A stretch of 64,000 bases of DNA from Blasia pusilla. Lineage: Eukaryota. The position numbers were made by a program, and so were the translations under genes. Of this stretch, positions 51,641 through 64,000 are shown one piece after another. Location of the stretch: the NCBI GenBank assembly GCA_050084515.1, contig CM114271.1, positions 13,516,001-13,580,000 of the forward strand. The letters run 5' to 3'. Position 1 is the first letter of the stretch, and each line of letters starts with the position of its first letter. Below the pieces are notes generated by a model. The model was not told the origin of the DNA and made no database searches. It worked only from the letters and a program-made list of their open reading frames with translations.

Positions 51641-53699
51641 AAGGGAGAGAGAGAGAGAGGAGTTTGTGTGAGAGCTTTTAGGCGATCTTGATTTACAAAG
51701 AGAGAATGAAAGATTGTAAGCTCTACAATGCGGGAGCTCATTGGTTTCTTATTCAAAGACTCATAGGAATGCTCACGGGAGCAAGAGCTGCTCATTTGTA
51801 TCATTTCTTTGTAAATATCTGATAAGGAAGAGAGGTGCATGGAAGCATTGCCCGATTTTGAATAGGATTTAAGTACGCGGGGCATGTTTTCCATTCTAAG
51901 GCTCCCAAGAGTAACCTTTAGCACACTTTTATAACTTTTTATGGGAGAAATCTGTGCAAAAGCGTTGCTAATTTTTTGTAGGAGTGAGGTCGTGGGTTGT
52001 ATAACAATCATTTCCATTTTCAGATGGAAGGTAAGATGAAGGAGTTGATAAAAAATAGTCATAGATTCAAAATTCAAGAATGTTGTGAAAAAAATGGTGT
52101 GCAAATTTGATGCTTGAGTGCAAAGTAACATCCATTTTCGTGGGGCTATCATAGCCATTGTGTGAGTGAGCAATTTTGATTTTGGTAGTAACTCTTTAGA
52201 AGAGTGTGATTGTGTAAAAGTTCTAAAAAACATATTATTTTTAGTGGGTACGTAAGGAAAACTTGTTATTCAAAGGCAAGTGAGTGAAAATTTAATCTAA
52301 TTAGTGTTGGCCCAAAATTTGTGGGGTTTAGTGGAATACTGAGCCAAATTTGAGATAATTTAGTGAGTAGAATGTTTTCAAGGGGCTAGTGGAGTAGACC
52401 AAAAAAACATCAACTTTTGAGTAAGGTTCAAATAGAGCTATATGTACCTATGTGTGAAATGACATATCTATTATTGACCATCACCGACCATCTACTTTTC
52501 AACCATCATCATCTATTTGAAGATCTTAAACTACTGCTCATTGCTACTCAAGTATTGTCGACGATTGCCTTGATTGTTGTTTAATGAGCACTTTGATTTT
52601 TTCAACACCAATTATTGACGTGATTACTAGTAACCGAGTGAAAGGGATGAATTATCGATCACCATTTTATGCCATCAACATCGAAAACACAAATGTATCT
52701 ATCTTATGAAGAATTTTTCCGCATCGATTGACTATAAATACCAACTAGCAATGTTCAATGACCTTGTGGTTGATGGTTTTGAGTTTCAAGTTTATTTTTC
52801 TATGCATAGTGATTGGTAGTTGCTTAACTTTGAGTGAGTATTATGTCATGATGTTCATAGGAACACGTTGCGAAGTGATTCGTCAAGTTTCTTGTGGCCA
52901 CATCACATTGTCTCGATTGCGGAGTCGTACTAGCGTTCAGACGCATAGCATTTATTTCCAATAGAAGAGGGGATGTAGTTTCTTGTTGCATCATGTCATG
53001 GAGTTTTATGCCATTTCATGCCGCCATTGTTGATTGTACAATTGTAATCGCACCACACATCGAGGAGGTTTGAGCACCGTCAACACTAAGGAAGACCTTA
53101 AGGAGGATGACTTGCTAATTAAGGGATATTTTTCCATAATCAAGTTGGGATTAAGTTTGAAGGTTTTGAGGAGAAATATTAGGATTTTTTCCAAGTTATC
53201 CATTGTAGTCTTTTGCCTTGTACATATGAGGGATTAGTGTGTGTTGGATATTTGATATCTTAGGATGTTGAGATCGTCGTTGATGTGTGATGTTAGGGGA
53301 TATCGACCTTTGTGGGATATCCAAAGTTGCTGATATTCTAGGTTGATGACATGATAGACTATACAATTTGTTGCATCACGTCGCTCGCTGCCGCATTGCA
53401 TATGTCTTAGTAGGGAGGGAGTGTAGATAGAATGCTGCACGTTTTAGGTTCGCGTGATTGAGGGATTAATTTCAATATTGAGAGTAATTGTGAGAGGTGG
53501 CACAAGGATCATCATAGCACCCTTTTGGGACTTTAATAGGTGAGTGTTGGAGAGTAGCCCTAGAGGGTTTAGGGTGAGATTTTGAGAGTCTCCATGGGGT
53601 CAGAGGTAGGAGTAGGAATCCACCAACCAATTCTATCCCTCAAAGAAGTGCGAAGTATTTTAAACAAACCACTTTGAGGATGAAAAATGAGGTCTTAGA

Positions 53700-54095
53700 T
53701 TGTACTTTCATTTTCCAAAATGTCCACTATAAGCTTGAACTCTATTCAGCCAAGGGACAATGATAGATTTTTTCCATACCTTGGATGGAAAAAATGATTT
53801 GTTCCACATTTGTGATTCCAATGATTTTTCAGTTTTTTTAATTTTTTGCAAGTTGCAACCTGTCGGATACAGACGGATTTCCAAAATGTGGAAGAGGAAA
53901 AAAACATCTGTGGGAGTGACTAAGCAATGAGAACAAAAGTTCAAAAATATTCACACAACAATTTTCCTCTCTTCAACCCACCGGAAACTCTCTTCAAATT
54001 AGAGGAAACTCTCTTAAAAAAATTATCTCTTTGGATTGAAGGTGGTTTCCTCTCTCCTCTCTTCCTCTCCTCTTACCGCGCCACCAATACGAGAC
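53700..54095 (-). mobile_element. Diverged relative of the 5313/46386 repeat family
   Basis: GTTGCAACCTGTCGGAT motif, CTCTCTTC blocks and a similar purine-rich terminal segment. Confidence 0.45.
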
Positions 54096-54139
54096 AATGA
54101 TGTCCAGGTTGTAAATAAGCTGCATTAGTATGTTACTAC

Positions 54140-56430
54140 CAAAAAATTACATACCTTCAAACAAGGTGTTTGTATTATCAAAGGAACCAAAGATCATCCC
54201 CCATATTGCCGTATGGGATTTCCAACAACCCCCAATTTCCAGACTAAAGCTTCTATAGATCCAAACAACTTGAAATGGAAATACTATAGGCTTGATCATG
54301 AGCAGCGGAATGTTATTCCCTATCATCCAGTTATACTATTGCTTTGGGAGCTCATATGAACCTACAACGTGTCACTGATATGCAATGGTCATTCTACTTG
54401 TTGAAATACGCACTAAATCAAAGTCACAAGGTTCCCTCAACATCACTACTAAATGTGCAAGGTGTCTAGGGCTTGAGGGACTAGATGAGATAAAGCTCCG
54501 GTTTGTCTTTGGTTTGGTGCTACATAAATCGGTCTCTGCAACTCAGATAGCAATAACGACACTCAAAATTCCGATCATCCAAAGGTCCCAAAGTGTTGAA
54601 TATCTTGATTCAAGTCCTCCTCATAGACGAAATACGTTGTACAAAAATGCCACTATGCTATACGTCCATCCAAAAATTTTGCTCTATCCTCTTCTAGTAT
54701 GTCTCTCTAATTTAACTTTGATTAAATTTTGGACTTGATATAAATTATTGAGAACATGCACACAAAGTAATGCCAACTTTATAGGATTTGAGTGAATTGG
54801 CAACCTGATCTATAAGACAGACTGCCTAGACCGTTTTACTGAGTTTCATCCCTTGCATGAGTCAAATGAGTGTTTCTATAATACACTACTACAAACCATC
54901 ACATTTAGACTAGAATCAGAATCTAACTATGGTATCACTCGAGTGGACCTATCTCAATAAGTGTATTTATAGAAAAATATTTCAGGACCCAAGCTCTGCT
55001 ATAGAGGAAATAAAGCAGCACGTTGTAGCAAACCTATGGAGCGAGGTTCACATAAGTGAGATTGAAACAAAATTTATGGACCTTATTGATCCAAATCTCT
55101 CATTCAATGTATGTGTCAACTCACCTGTTATTGAGCAACAACCGCCCACTTCTAGATCTAAGAAAACTTATGTAGATGGTGATAGTGCATTACCTTTTCA
55201 TGTTCTCAACACCGAAAAAGCAACTTTGTATCAAGAATTCAAAACATTACGCTCTGGCTTATTAATGATCACTAGACCACGTGGTTGAATGGAGACGTTC
55301 TTTATCCATTTTATGCAAAAGTATTGGTCGCACAATTGCATTCCTACATTTCTAATAGCAACGACTAGGATTGCTATTGTGAGGCTGCATGAATCAGCAA
55401 CAACCGTCCATTTTGCATTTGCCATACCTGTAATGGGAGACCTTACGTCAATGCACACTACGTCTGACCAATATAACCCCCTAAAACACGCTAAGGTCAT
55501 AGTTGTAGACGAGTGCTCCATGCTTACACCACGGCTTCTACAAATAATTGCAATGAGATTACATCAAGTAAGTCCATCTTCAAATCTGAACCCATTCTCA
55601 CTGAATCTTGTTGTACTATTAAGTGATCTTTGCCAATTGCCACCTGTTTGTCGCCATAACATTACACCAATGTGTCTAGAGTGCCACATCTCCTCGTCTC
55701 CATTTCTTAGAAAAAAATTAAAGTATGAATTACATACACTCATGAGGCATGTTGAGGATCATGATTTTCTCACGTTTTTGTTGCAACTAAGACTAACAAG
55801 ACCTACACAGCAATAGATAGGCGCATGTCTTGAGAAGTGTTTTGTCAAGGAGGATGTTGGTATAGACTTTATACAAGAAGATACCCAGATCATATGTTCA
55901 CATCATGCTGATGTCCAACTTTATAATGTTGTTGCACTTCAAAGGTTATATGGTTCAACTAATATATTTCATGTCCATGTCTCTATTGACACCCCTCCTT
56001 ATGCGCAATTCCATGATTGGATATCTGAACTAAATTTCCATCAACTTTAGTTCCTTGCAATTGGCTGCAGAGTTTTACTTACTTCAAATATAGACCTAAA
56101 AATTCAAATTGCAAATGGTGCATCGGAAACACTTATTGATTGTGGTTACAATGGTTCTCAACTTGCCAATACAACGGTTATGCTACATTCAAATAGTAAA
56201 GTAATTCGGATAAGTCACACTAACTTTGCGATGTTTATGGTCCAAACAAAAAGTACCATAAGCGTACTTCTCCACTTGTCTTAGGTTATGCATTAACTGG
56301 CCATAAGAGCCAAGGTCTAATTGTATGAGGAAAATGCCTTTTTGTGATAAAAGTTGCTTTTGCACCAGGTCTAGTGTATGTTATGTTGTCTATAGTTAAA
56401 ACCAAAGAACACTTGCGCATCATTGTTCAT
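54140..56430 (+). pseudogene. Helitron-type Rep/PIF1 helicase remnant
   Basis: CRMGFP, NVIPYHPVILLLW.AHMNLQ, YLLKY (Rep C-terminal region). Degenerate Walker A ITRPRG*MET, then ATTRIA, TTVHFAFAIP, VIVVDECSML, SDLCQLPPV, LGYALTGHKSQG and FAPGLVYVMLS. Confidence 0.85.
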
Positions 56431-59334
56431 TGTAGCCTACAAATTTTAGTGTATTTGGGCAAATCACATTATATACATTACAATTGCATTCATATACAAC
56501 TGATTTTACCTCCTTGTGAATAGTATGGCATCTACCGAAGGATCAGCTAGAGGGTGAGCAAGGAGACAGTCGGCTTCAAATTCACATCAACCAAATATGG
56601 GTACATCAGTTATCCTTGACGTTCCACTACAACCAAATACCATTCTTCTTAGTGACATCAGTTCAGATGACTACAACAAGCCTATGACAACTCCAATTCA
56701 GTTTACCGGCAATCAAGCTTCACCAAATATTCAAGTTTGTAGCTCACTTTTCTCTACACGCTCTCTCTTTTGCTGACCGTCTTCTTACACATTTGTATGC
56801 TCATAACCAATCAATCCAACCAGGGAAATGATCATACTTGTCTCACACAAAAATAATTTTACATGACATGCCTGAGTTTCCCGAATAAGGTCTTGCATCA
56901 GTAGTCCCACCAACATATGCCCAACTAAAATACGCCAACACTTTAGGCCTTTATCATTCTCATTGGGGTAACGATGTGTCAAGCTGTCAAAGGAGTCAAA
57001 TGATTGATCAGAGGAAAGCGTGGGCAACAAAATTTCGAGATTTGAGAAAACAGCCTCCAGCCACAGGTATGTACTTCCCAATTTGCTTATTGATTCATCA
57101 GTTGTTCACAGCTTCTCTCTATCAGCCAAAAGACATTAATTTCTGCTAACACACATTGTGTGCAATTTTATACACAACTAAATCGAGAAGGAAATCATGA
57201 CTTATATGAATATTAAGTTCAATGAGGACAATCTGACATGTCAAACAAGTTGTGGTACACTACGCTTGTTTGACATGAGGAATAAAGCCCAATCAGTTCC
57301 AAGAACTGAGGGTCATCATGAAGCTGCATGTGGAGATGCTACTCCCATTGTCCTCTGCCAAGGCTGCTAAGAAAAATACTCACACGTTTAAAAAAAACCG
57401 AGATAATGGCGCTATCTCTGATGTATCGAGCGCATAAGTTCACACTATGAGTGATACTCTTTCCCCACCATATGATGAGAAGATACCACCGACCAGAGGT
57501 CTTGCTCCATTCAAGATTTACAATGACATCACATCGTATCAGGGACTCGTGATGCTAGAGTCGCCAAATAATGAAAGTGTAGTTAATTCGCTGTTTCTCA
57601 AGTATATGACAGTGTTTCCCCATTCATGTTACATTCACTATAGTAGATACATTCACATTTGCAGTGCTGCTATATTTGTAGTGGCTTCAAGTTTCTTTGA
57701 ACCACTGAGCTGGTCGACTAAAGTAAACTATAAATCACTTGATATTCTTAATGTACTCTTCTTCTCAAATTCTCTGCCACAATCCCATTAACTAAATTGT
57801 TAATAAACACCTGCTCAACAAAGTTGTACTACTTGATGGCACTCATTTCTGTGCAATAGAGTCTCACTTCTTTAGAATACTTATCCATTATGACAATGTA
57901 ATATTTTTTTTAATTCATTTAGGTCTACTAAGTAGTTTGAGCTTATGATCATTCATGTATATACCGTATTAAAAGTTTCCATTGTAATGTTGACATCTAG
58001 AAGGTGTGTTACTTATCCCATATCTATTTTTCAGTAAGTTTCTCCACCTTACCACCGTGAGTGATGTCTTTACTAAACTGTTGTACTTGCAGGTATAAAG
58101 TACTTATATTTTTATTCAGAATTTCACCACTATATTTCATGGTTTTTAAAAAATAGCACTACCTACCATTGCACGTGTTACCATTAAAACTTTTGATACA
58201 AGTATCTCCTATGATGCATGGACTTGCTATTCCAAAGGAATCAACTAGTGACTACCGCACACCAATGTGTGGCACTTCAGTTCGTGATGCAGGTCGTAAA
58301 AACCAGAAGTTATTCAAGAGTCAGTCGCATGTACTACATGAAGGAAAGTCAGAATGCTCAGTTGATGTTGTACCAGTTTTCTTGTTTGAAGCTACCCTGA
58401 AGAATATTGAAGTTGTTCAAAATCAAGTTGTTCGGCCTGAGGAGCATAACAAATTTTTGAGAGAAGTAATGCATTATGCCGGTGAAAATGACAGACATCG
58501 ATTGGACAAGATAATAAGTGTGCACCGATAGATGAGGGACATCTCTGCTGAATTACATGTCCTTCACTACCCATATGACACACAATTACAAATGTATATT
58601 AAGCAGTTGCAGAGCCTATCTGTTGTGAGATGATGATGTTTTACAACCACAAACTACATTTTGTTGAATATGGTTGGTATAACATGCTCATACCATTCTA
58701 GTGGACTAGGCATGCTTTGATGACTATATATTGCACTCAATTGTTGACATATTTTACCTTACATGTTGACAAACAACCTTTGTGTGCAGTTTACGATTAT
58801 CCATCTATCAGTACTAAAATTTTGCGGTGACTCATACTAGAGCATATGGAAGAGACCAAATGTTGTATTGAAACAATATATCATATTCGTTTCAACAAGT
58901 ACTTGTATTTTATATTATTTGTAGTGTATCAGATGTATTTTCCGTACTCAGGGACACTTCTGACCACTTATAGACTTTTATTCAATGTTTGCATTTTACA
59001 CCACAAGTCGACCCATCTATACAGCTTATTGAATATACCTAGTACATTTTATAAACTGGCTTCCATTCTACGCTCACCACTTGTATATGTATTTTCAACT
59101 TACAATCAAAATTTCTATTCTACTTCCTATTTGTAAAATTTAGATGCATTATCAACTTGGCCAACTCCATTTCATTTTTGCATTGTTTATACTTGTTGCT
59201 CATATATGTTGGAAAGGTATATTCTTGGACCACAATCTTCATGTATGTCATATTCCTGTTTTCAGGTTACATCAATGTTTTAAATGGTATAAAAGAATTT
59301 ATGCATTTTATAATGCAGAATTGAAATAAAAGTC

Positions 59335-59434
59335 TGCATCCGTGTTCCTGAAGTTGCAAATTCATCTTTTGAGTGGCTGATTCTCTTCTACGCTGCACAG
59401 CTGTAGAGTCTACAACTTCAGGAACACGGATGCA
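59335..59434. repeat. Perfect 22-bp inverted repeat (hairpin, 56-nt spacer)
   Basis: TGCATCCGTGTTCCTGAAGTTG (59335-59356) and its exact reverse complement (59413-59434). Confidence 0.95.
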
Positions 59435-60368
59435 TGCCTTGCAGAAATATTGTCATATTATTCTTCTTAGCAATCTTGAGAGGACTATATATCGATGTGA
59501 ACAAATCTGGAGTCAATTTGAATTTTTAGAGAAGTTTCAGAAATTGTAGTGTATTCTCATATCCAAAACAACTGTACACTTCTTTCCAATTCGCATTGTT
59601 TCTTACAATAAGATAGTTCAAATTTTTTCGCCATTTGTGATTAATCAACTAATAACTAGAGACTTTGGCATGATCATTGTTCGTGTTATAAATATTGAGT
59701 GAGGATTTAGATATCCATGTTGTTACATGTACCCTTTGTCTCTATATTGACGTAAATGCTCATCCCAATCACAGGTTTTACAAAGGCAGTAGCTTTTCAT
59801 TTGAACTTTAAAATATGTCAAATTTCCAATTACGAGCCAGACTCATTAGACATAATAATATCATTCAGATATACTACAAACGGTTTGTTATACAAAGTAA
59901 TGTCAATCAAAGTTTGTGACCGTAGTCTATGATTACATATTACACAACAACCACCTCATCAATACCAATATTAGTTGTGTGTGTGCACCCGTTTAATTAA
60001 TAACTTGCTACTTGTTTCGTCATTTAAACGACTAAGAAGCGTTAAATTTCTTTTCTGCAGCTTGCCAAAAGTTCACACCCTATGATTCAACCCATGTCAA
60101 TGCTATTTTGTAATGTTCATACACCTGCACTTTTGATGGAGTTCTGATCTATATGTCGCCATCTTTGAACCTATATTTCCACAATCGTATCAACATCAGT
60201 ATTCTTTGACAAGAGTCTTGTATATTTTCATATATTTGGAAAGAGTCAATATCACATTCCAACATTAATCAATAACAAACTAACAAATTGCACCCATCGA
60301 TCCAATATATCAATTATGCCGTCACACGATCATAGTCTAGATTACTATAATAAATTATTTCATCTTCA

Positions 60369-60400
60369 TCTATACTATTAAGAGAGAGTGACCTCCCGTA
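60369..60400 (+). mobile_element. Possible Helitron 5' terminus
   Basis: A|TCTATACTATTAAG resembles plant Helitron 5' ends (TC start after host A), and sequence composition changes here. No 3' end identified. Confidence 0.4.
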
Positions 60401-61112
60401 GTGCAAACGCCCCATAGTTTGCCACATGTGCTTTTCGACAACTAAAGATAGTTCCTGGTGCAAACGGCAGAACTTATGACGCGTGACATTTTAGGGTTTT
60501 CGAGTTTAGGGGACATGGTGTCTGATGCGTGCGGTTCATAGCTGTTGGAATGTGCAGATTAGCGTTCCGAAAAATTTGCCTCGCTAATTTAACGATTTTG
60601 TAGAAATTCAATTTTTTGTCCTTGATAGTTACGATCTATCGAACAAAGGCAATCCGTCGATCAGAGGAGGCCCTCTCTCTATTTGAAGATGGGAGGAACC
60701 AACTTGTCATCGGGGTTTTAAAACTATGAAGAGGTTGTAGAAGTTGAGTATTTAATGTTGACGACTGAATTACATAACTCCCAAGTTTTGTGCTCCAAAC
60801 AATTCGTGACTTGCTTGGGTAACGTCATAACTACAATTCATGCATGCATTTCTAGAGACTAGGCTTCAACTTCCAACATTTATTGTTGTAGTATTTGGAG
60901 TTTTACAGAAGCAGAAGCAGAGTAGTTGATGGCTGGGAACTACAAGCTCCCCTAATCTCTACTTCTTAATGGTTTTTTCCATAGCAGAGTACTAAGACAA
61001 TTGGCTACTTCCGGAATCGAGCTGCAGGTCAAGCAGCTCACGGAAGACGGAAGCGGACCCTGAGCTACAACTCTATACAAATCCACAGCTCCACCAACTC
61101 CATAAGTCCAAT

Positions 61113-61230
61113 AGCTCCACCAGCTCAGAAGCTCCATCAGCTCAGCAGCTCCACCAGCTCAGTAGCTCCATCAGCTCGGTAGCTCCATCAGCTCAGTAGC
61201 TCCATCAGCTCAGTAGCTCCACCAGCTCCA
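61113..61230. repeat. 17-bp minisatellite, ~7 units (AGCTCCAYCAGCTCAGT)
   Basis: Tandem units read directly from the sequence. Confidence 0.95.
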
Positions 61231-62229
61231 CACCTCCAGCAGCTCCGGAAACTTGCAAAAAAGGTGCAAAACAAGACAAAGCTATCTACACATGGCAACA
61301 AGGATTACAGCAAAAAGTCTACACAAGGGAAGGGGAAAAGTGTCTACAAGGCCGCTTCATCAAAGAAGCATTACAGCGTGAAATCATCCGATCTCCATCC
61401 ATTGGATAGTTCCAAGTGGTCTCCTGTATCCCAAGAGGATTTCATGCGTTTGAGTAAGTGGAAAAATTTGCATTGTGTAGATAGTCCTACTTGGGGACAG
61501 AGACTCAACCCCGAGCATGCGATAAAAGATTCGTTGCCCAATGGAGGGTAACCTACGTTGTCAGATAAGGGGTACTTTCCACAACCAGTTGCTGACTTGG
61601 GAAATGACATTTGTATAGAAATCCAAGGGACATCCCCACATTGGCTTAGAAGGCCGATAAATGAAAGGGACTATACAACAGAGAGGGCATAAGCAAAGAA
61701 GCGTATGAAGTCACCCTAACCCAACGTAAATGAGGTTCAATCACCATCTCATAGGAGATCCCCGATTGACACCGAGGTGCCTACTCAATGAACCCCAGAA
61801 CTAGAGGCGAGTAAGAAGTCACCTAAGAAAAAGCAAAAAGGTAAGGGTGTGGTTATTAACATTCAGACAGTGACATAGTAGTTGTTGAGAGAGCAGGAGT
61901 AGCGTAGCGATGGATACATGTAAATCATCTTTGATAATGAAAGCTACTTTTTTGCATTTTGTGTGAATTCTTGTTTCCCCTCCCGGTCTATCAGTACTCA
62001 TCTCGAGTACTGTAGACTTTGCTCAAAAGGCAACCATGTCTCATAAACTGTAGACTCTACTCAAAAAGTTCTCTCAGAAAACAATAGTAGACATTCCGCC
62101 TACTTGCGGAGTGCACTTAGAGGAATAGTCGCTCTAGTTGTGGACGACTCCCTAGACACTCCACAACCAAGCACGACCTACACATGAGCAAAGCTCATTC
62201 ACATGTCCTAGCCGCATAGGGACAGAAAT

Positions 62230-62372
62230 TGACCCGAATCCAAAAGTAGGCGCGGAACCATCCTCGGAAGCGCATAGTGCTGGAACGTCCTCCCCCTCCT
62301 AGTCACACAAGAACAAAAATCTACCCAAATCTAAAAGTAGGCGCGGAACCATCCTCAGAAGCGCAGAGTGTA
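62230..62372. repeat. ~50-bp direct repeat, two copies
   Basis: ACCC.AATC.AAAAGTAGGCGCGGAACCATCCTC.GAAGCGCA.AGTG at ~62232 and ~62323. Confidence 0.9.
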
Positions 62373-64000
62373 GAAAGCAAGATTGTAGAGCAGAAAACAG
62401 AGTCGGTACTGGCAGAAGATAGAGTCTCAAGGAACTGTCAATCGCCAGAAGACGAAAACGGGAGCGCGGACAAACACAAGAGCAGGATGCTCTCCCCACT
62501 CAAAAACCAACATGGAAAGAGAACGTTTTAGGAGCGGAAAACACTCAAGCACCAGACATGAGAAAAAAACCACGGGCCGCTCTCCCGCTCACGAGGGCAA
62601 TCGCGTCCGAAACAGGTTCTGGCCTTGGAGCGCAAACGAACAGAACAAGATGCCCACGGACGCATACAAGCGGAAATGGAGCAAGAACAAGAGACAAATG
62701 CCAGAGGCGGAGCAACGCAGGAGTGCGGAGGTGCGAATCTGCACTGGCCGAGCAACGCGGGAGTAGCGAAGTGCAGGAGGAGCGAGGGACGAGCACGAAT
62801 GAGGGCGCGCTCACAAATGACAAAAATGGGATGGGATGGGGGATAGACGACAAAGGGTTTGGGTCGAGGGTGCTCGACTTGCGCCTTGGGCCATTGGATC
62901 AAAGATTTAACGGCCAGGATCGTCCGACCCGTTGGATGTGGGGGGCCATTAGATCGGGCCGCACGATCTGGGGAGGCGGCAATGGTGGGAGGGTTGGGCG
63001 GGGTTTTAGGTTAGGCATAGGTTCGGGTGGGTGAACCTAGGCTTATGGCCCGAACCTAGCCAATTAATATTAATTATTTTTATTTAAACTAGTATTTTTA
63101 TTTTTAAAAAGAAATTGGTTTTTCTCTCTAGGACTAATTTTCTCACTACCACTGTTTTTTCTCACTACCACTAATTTTCCCCTTTTTATTCTTCTACTAA
63201 GAAATTCTAACAAACTTATTTTCTTTCCCATTTTCCCCTTTAGGGTTTTCATCAAACTCTATTGTAAGAATAAAAGAAATTAGATTTGTTTTCTCTACTA
63301 CTAATTTACCTTCTTATTATTTACCCTATTCTTTTCTCTTTCATATTTTTTTTAAATTAAAAAAATGGGCATCTATCCTCTATCCTCCAAATTTATGATT
63401 TATTTTTTTGTGTATACACTTTAATTTCATCTATCTCTTTAACCTTTAACCCTAATTAATAGTTCCGTGTTGTATGTTGAAGATGGTGACTTCTAGTGGA
63501 TTATTACCGAACGTGGAGAGACGACCATTTGGTGTCATCACAAATATACCGCAAATTTCAGAGAGACAAATTGAAGTACTGAAGAACACCTCTACAATGT
63601 AAGTATGCAGCTTGCACTACTTATTCGATGTATAAACATATTTTCAAAAATGATCTTTTTTAATCATGCAATTCCTGCAATTGTTGCACAGACTTCCTAT
63701 CCCATTAAATCCTACAAATTTACGTGACTTCCAAAAATTGATGTGTGTGAACGCACAATCAAAAAGGCGTGCACGTCGCAAGGAAATCCTAGCACAACAT
63801 ACACAGTTTAAAGATTAACTCCACCCGGAAACATCTCCAACGTAAGTTCATTGCATTGAAAATCATTTAGCATGTCCAAATTCCCATCCTACATAATCTC
63901 TACTTCTAATTTTCTTTCCTCTTAACATTTTTGTGTTGTTTCAGACTTCCCATTCCATTGAATCATGTTGATATACGTGATTTTTGGAAGGTTCTCCACG

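Noticed and set aside
51571-53600. 220-aa ORF and possible gag-like remnants on the minus strand
   Set aside because: The ORF overlaps LTR-derived sequence and shows no motifs. The gag resemblance is too weak to report.
61113-61230. CRISPR-like array
   Set aside because: Units are contiguous 17-mers without unique spacers, the context is eukaryotic, and there are no cas genes.

Overview
Eukaryotic, transposon-rich plant DNA, most likely from a non-seed plant such as a moss (inferred from gene and TE style, not proven). One intact host gene is clear: a 9-exon CLC-f-like chloride channel (CDS 28026-34070, +). There is also a tRNA-Ser(GCT) gene (40180-40261) and a possible small two-exon gene. 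The rest is mostly nested, decayed mobile DNA: Ty3/Gypsy LTR elements and LTR remnants, a CRE-like RLE non-LTR element, a LINE RT, a CACTA end, a hAT MITE, Helitron Rep/PIF1 remnants, an unclassified repeat family and microsatellites. The main finding is two diverged Ty3/Gypsy copies (382-1320 +, and 9810-10755 -). Each carries a non-permuted, DNMT3-like C5 cytosine methyltransferase domain directly upstream of reverse transcriptase. Other fragments suggest the family architecture LTR-gag(2xCCHC)-PR-DNMT-RT-RH-INT-(PHD?)-LTR. Both copies here are pseudogenised. All coordinates and alignments were read by eye.
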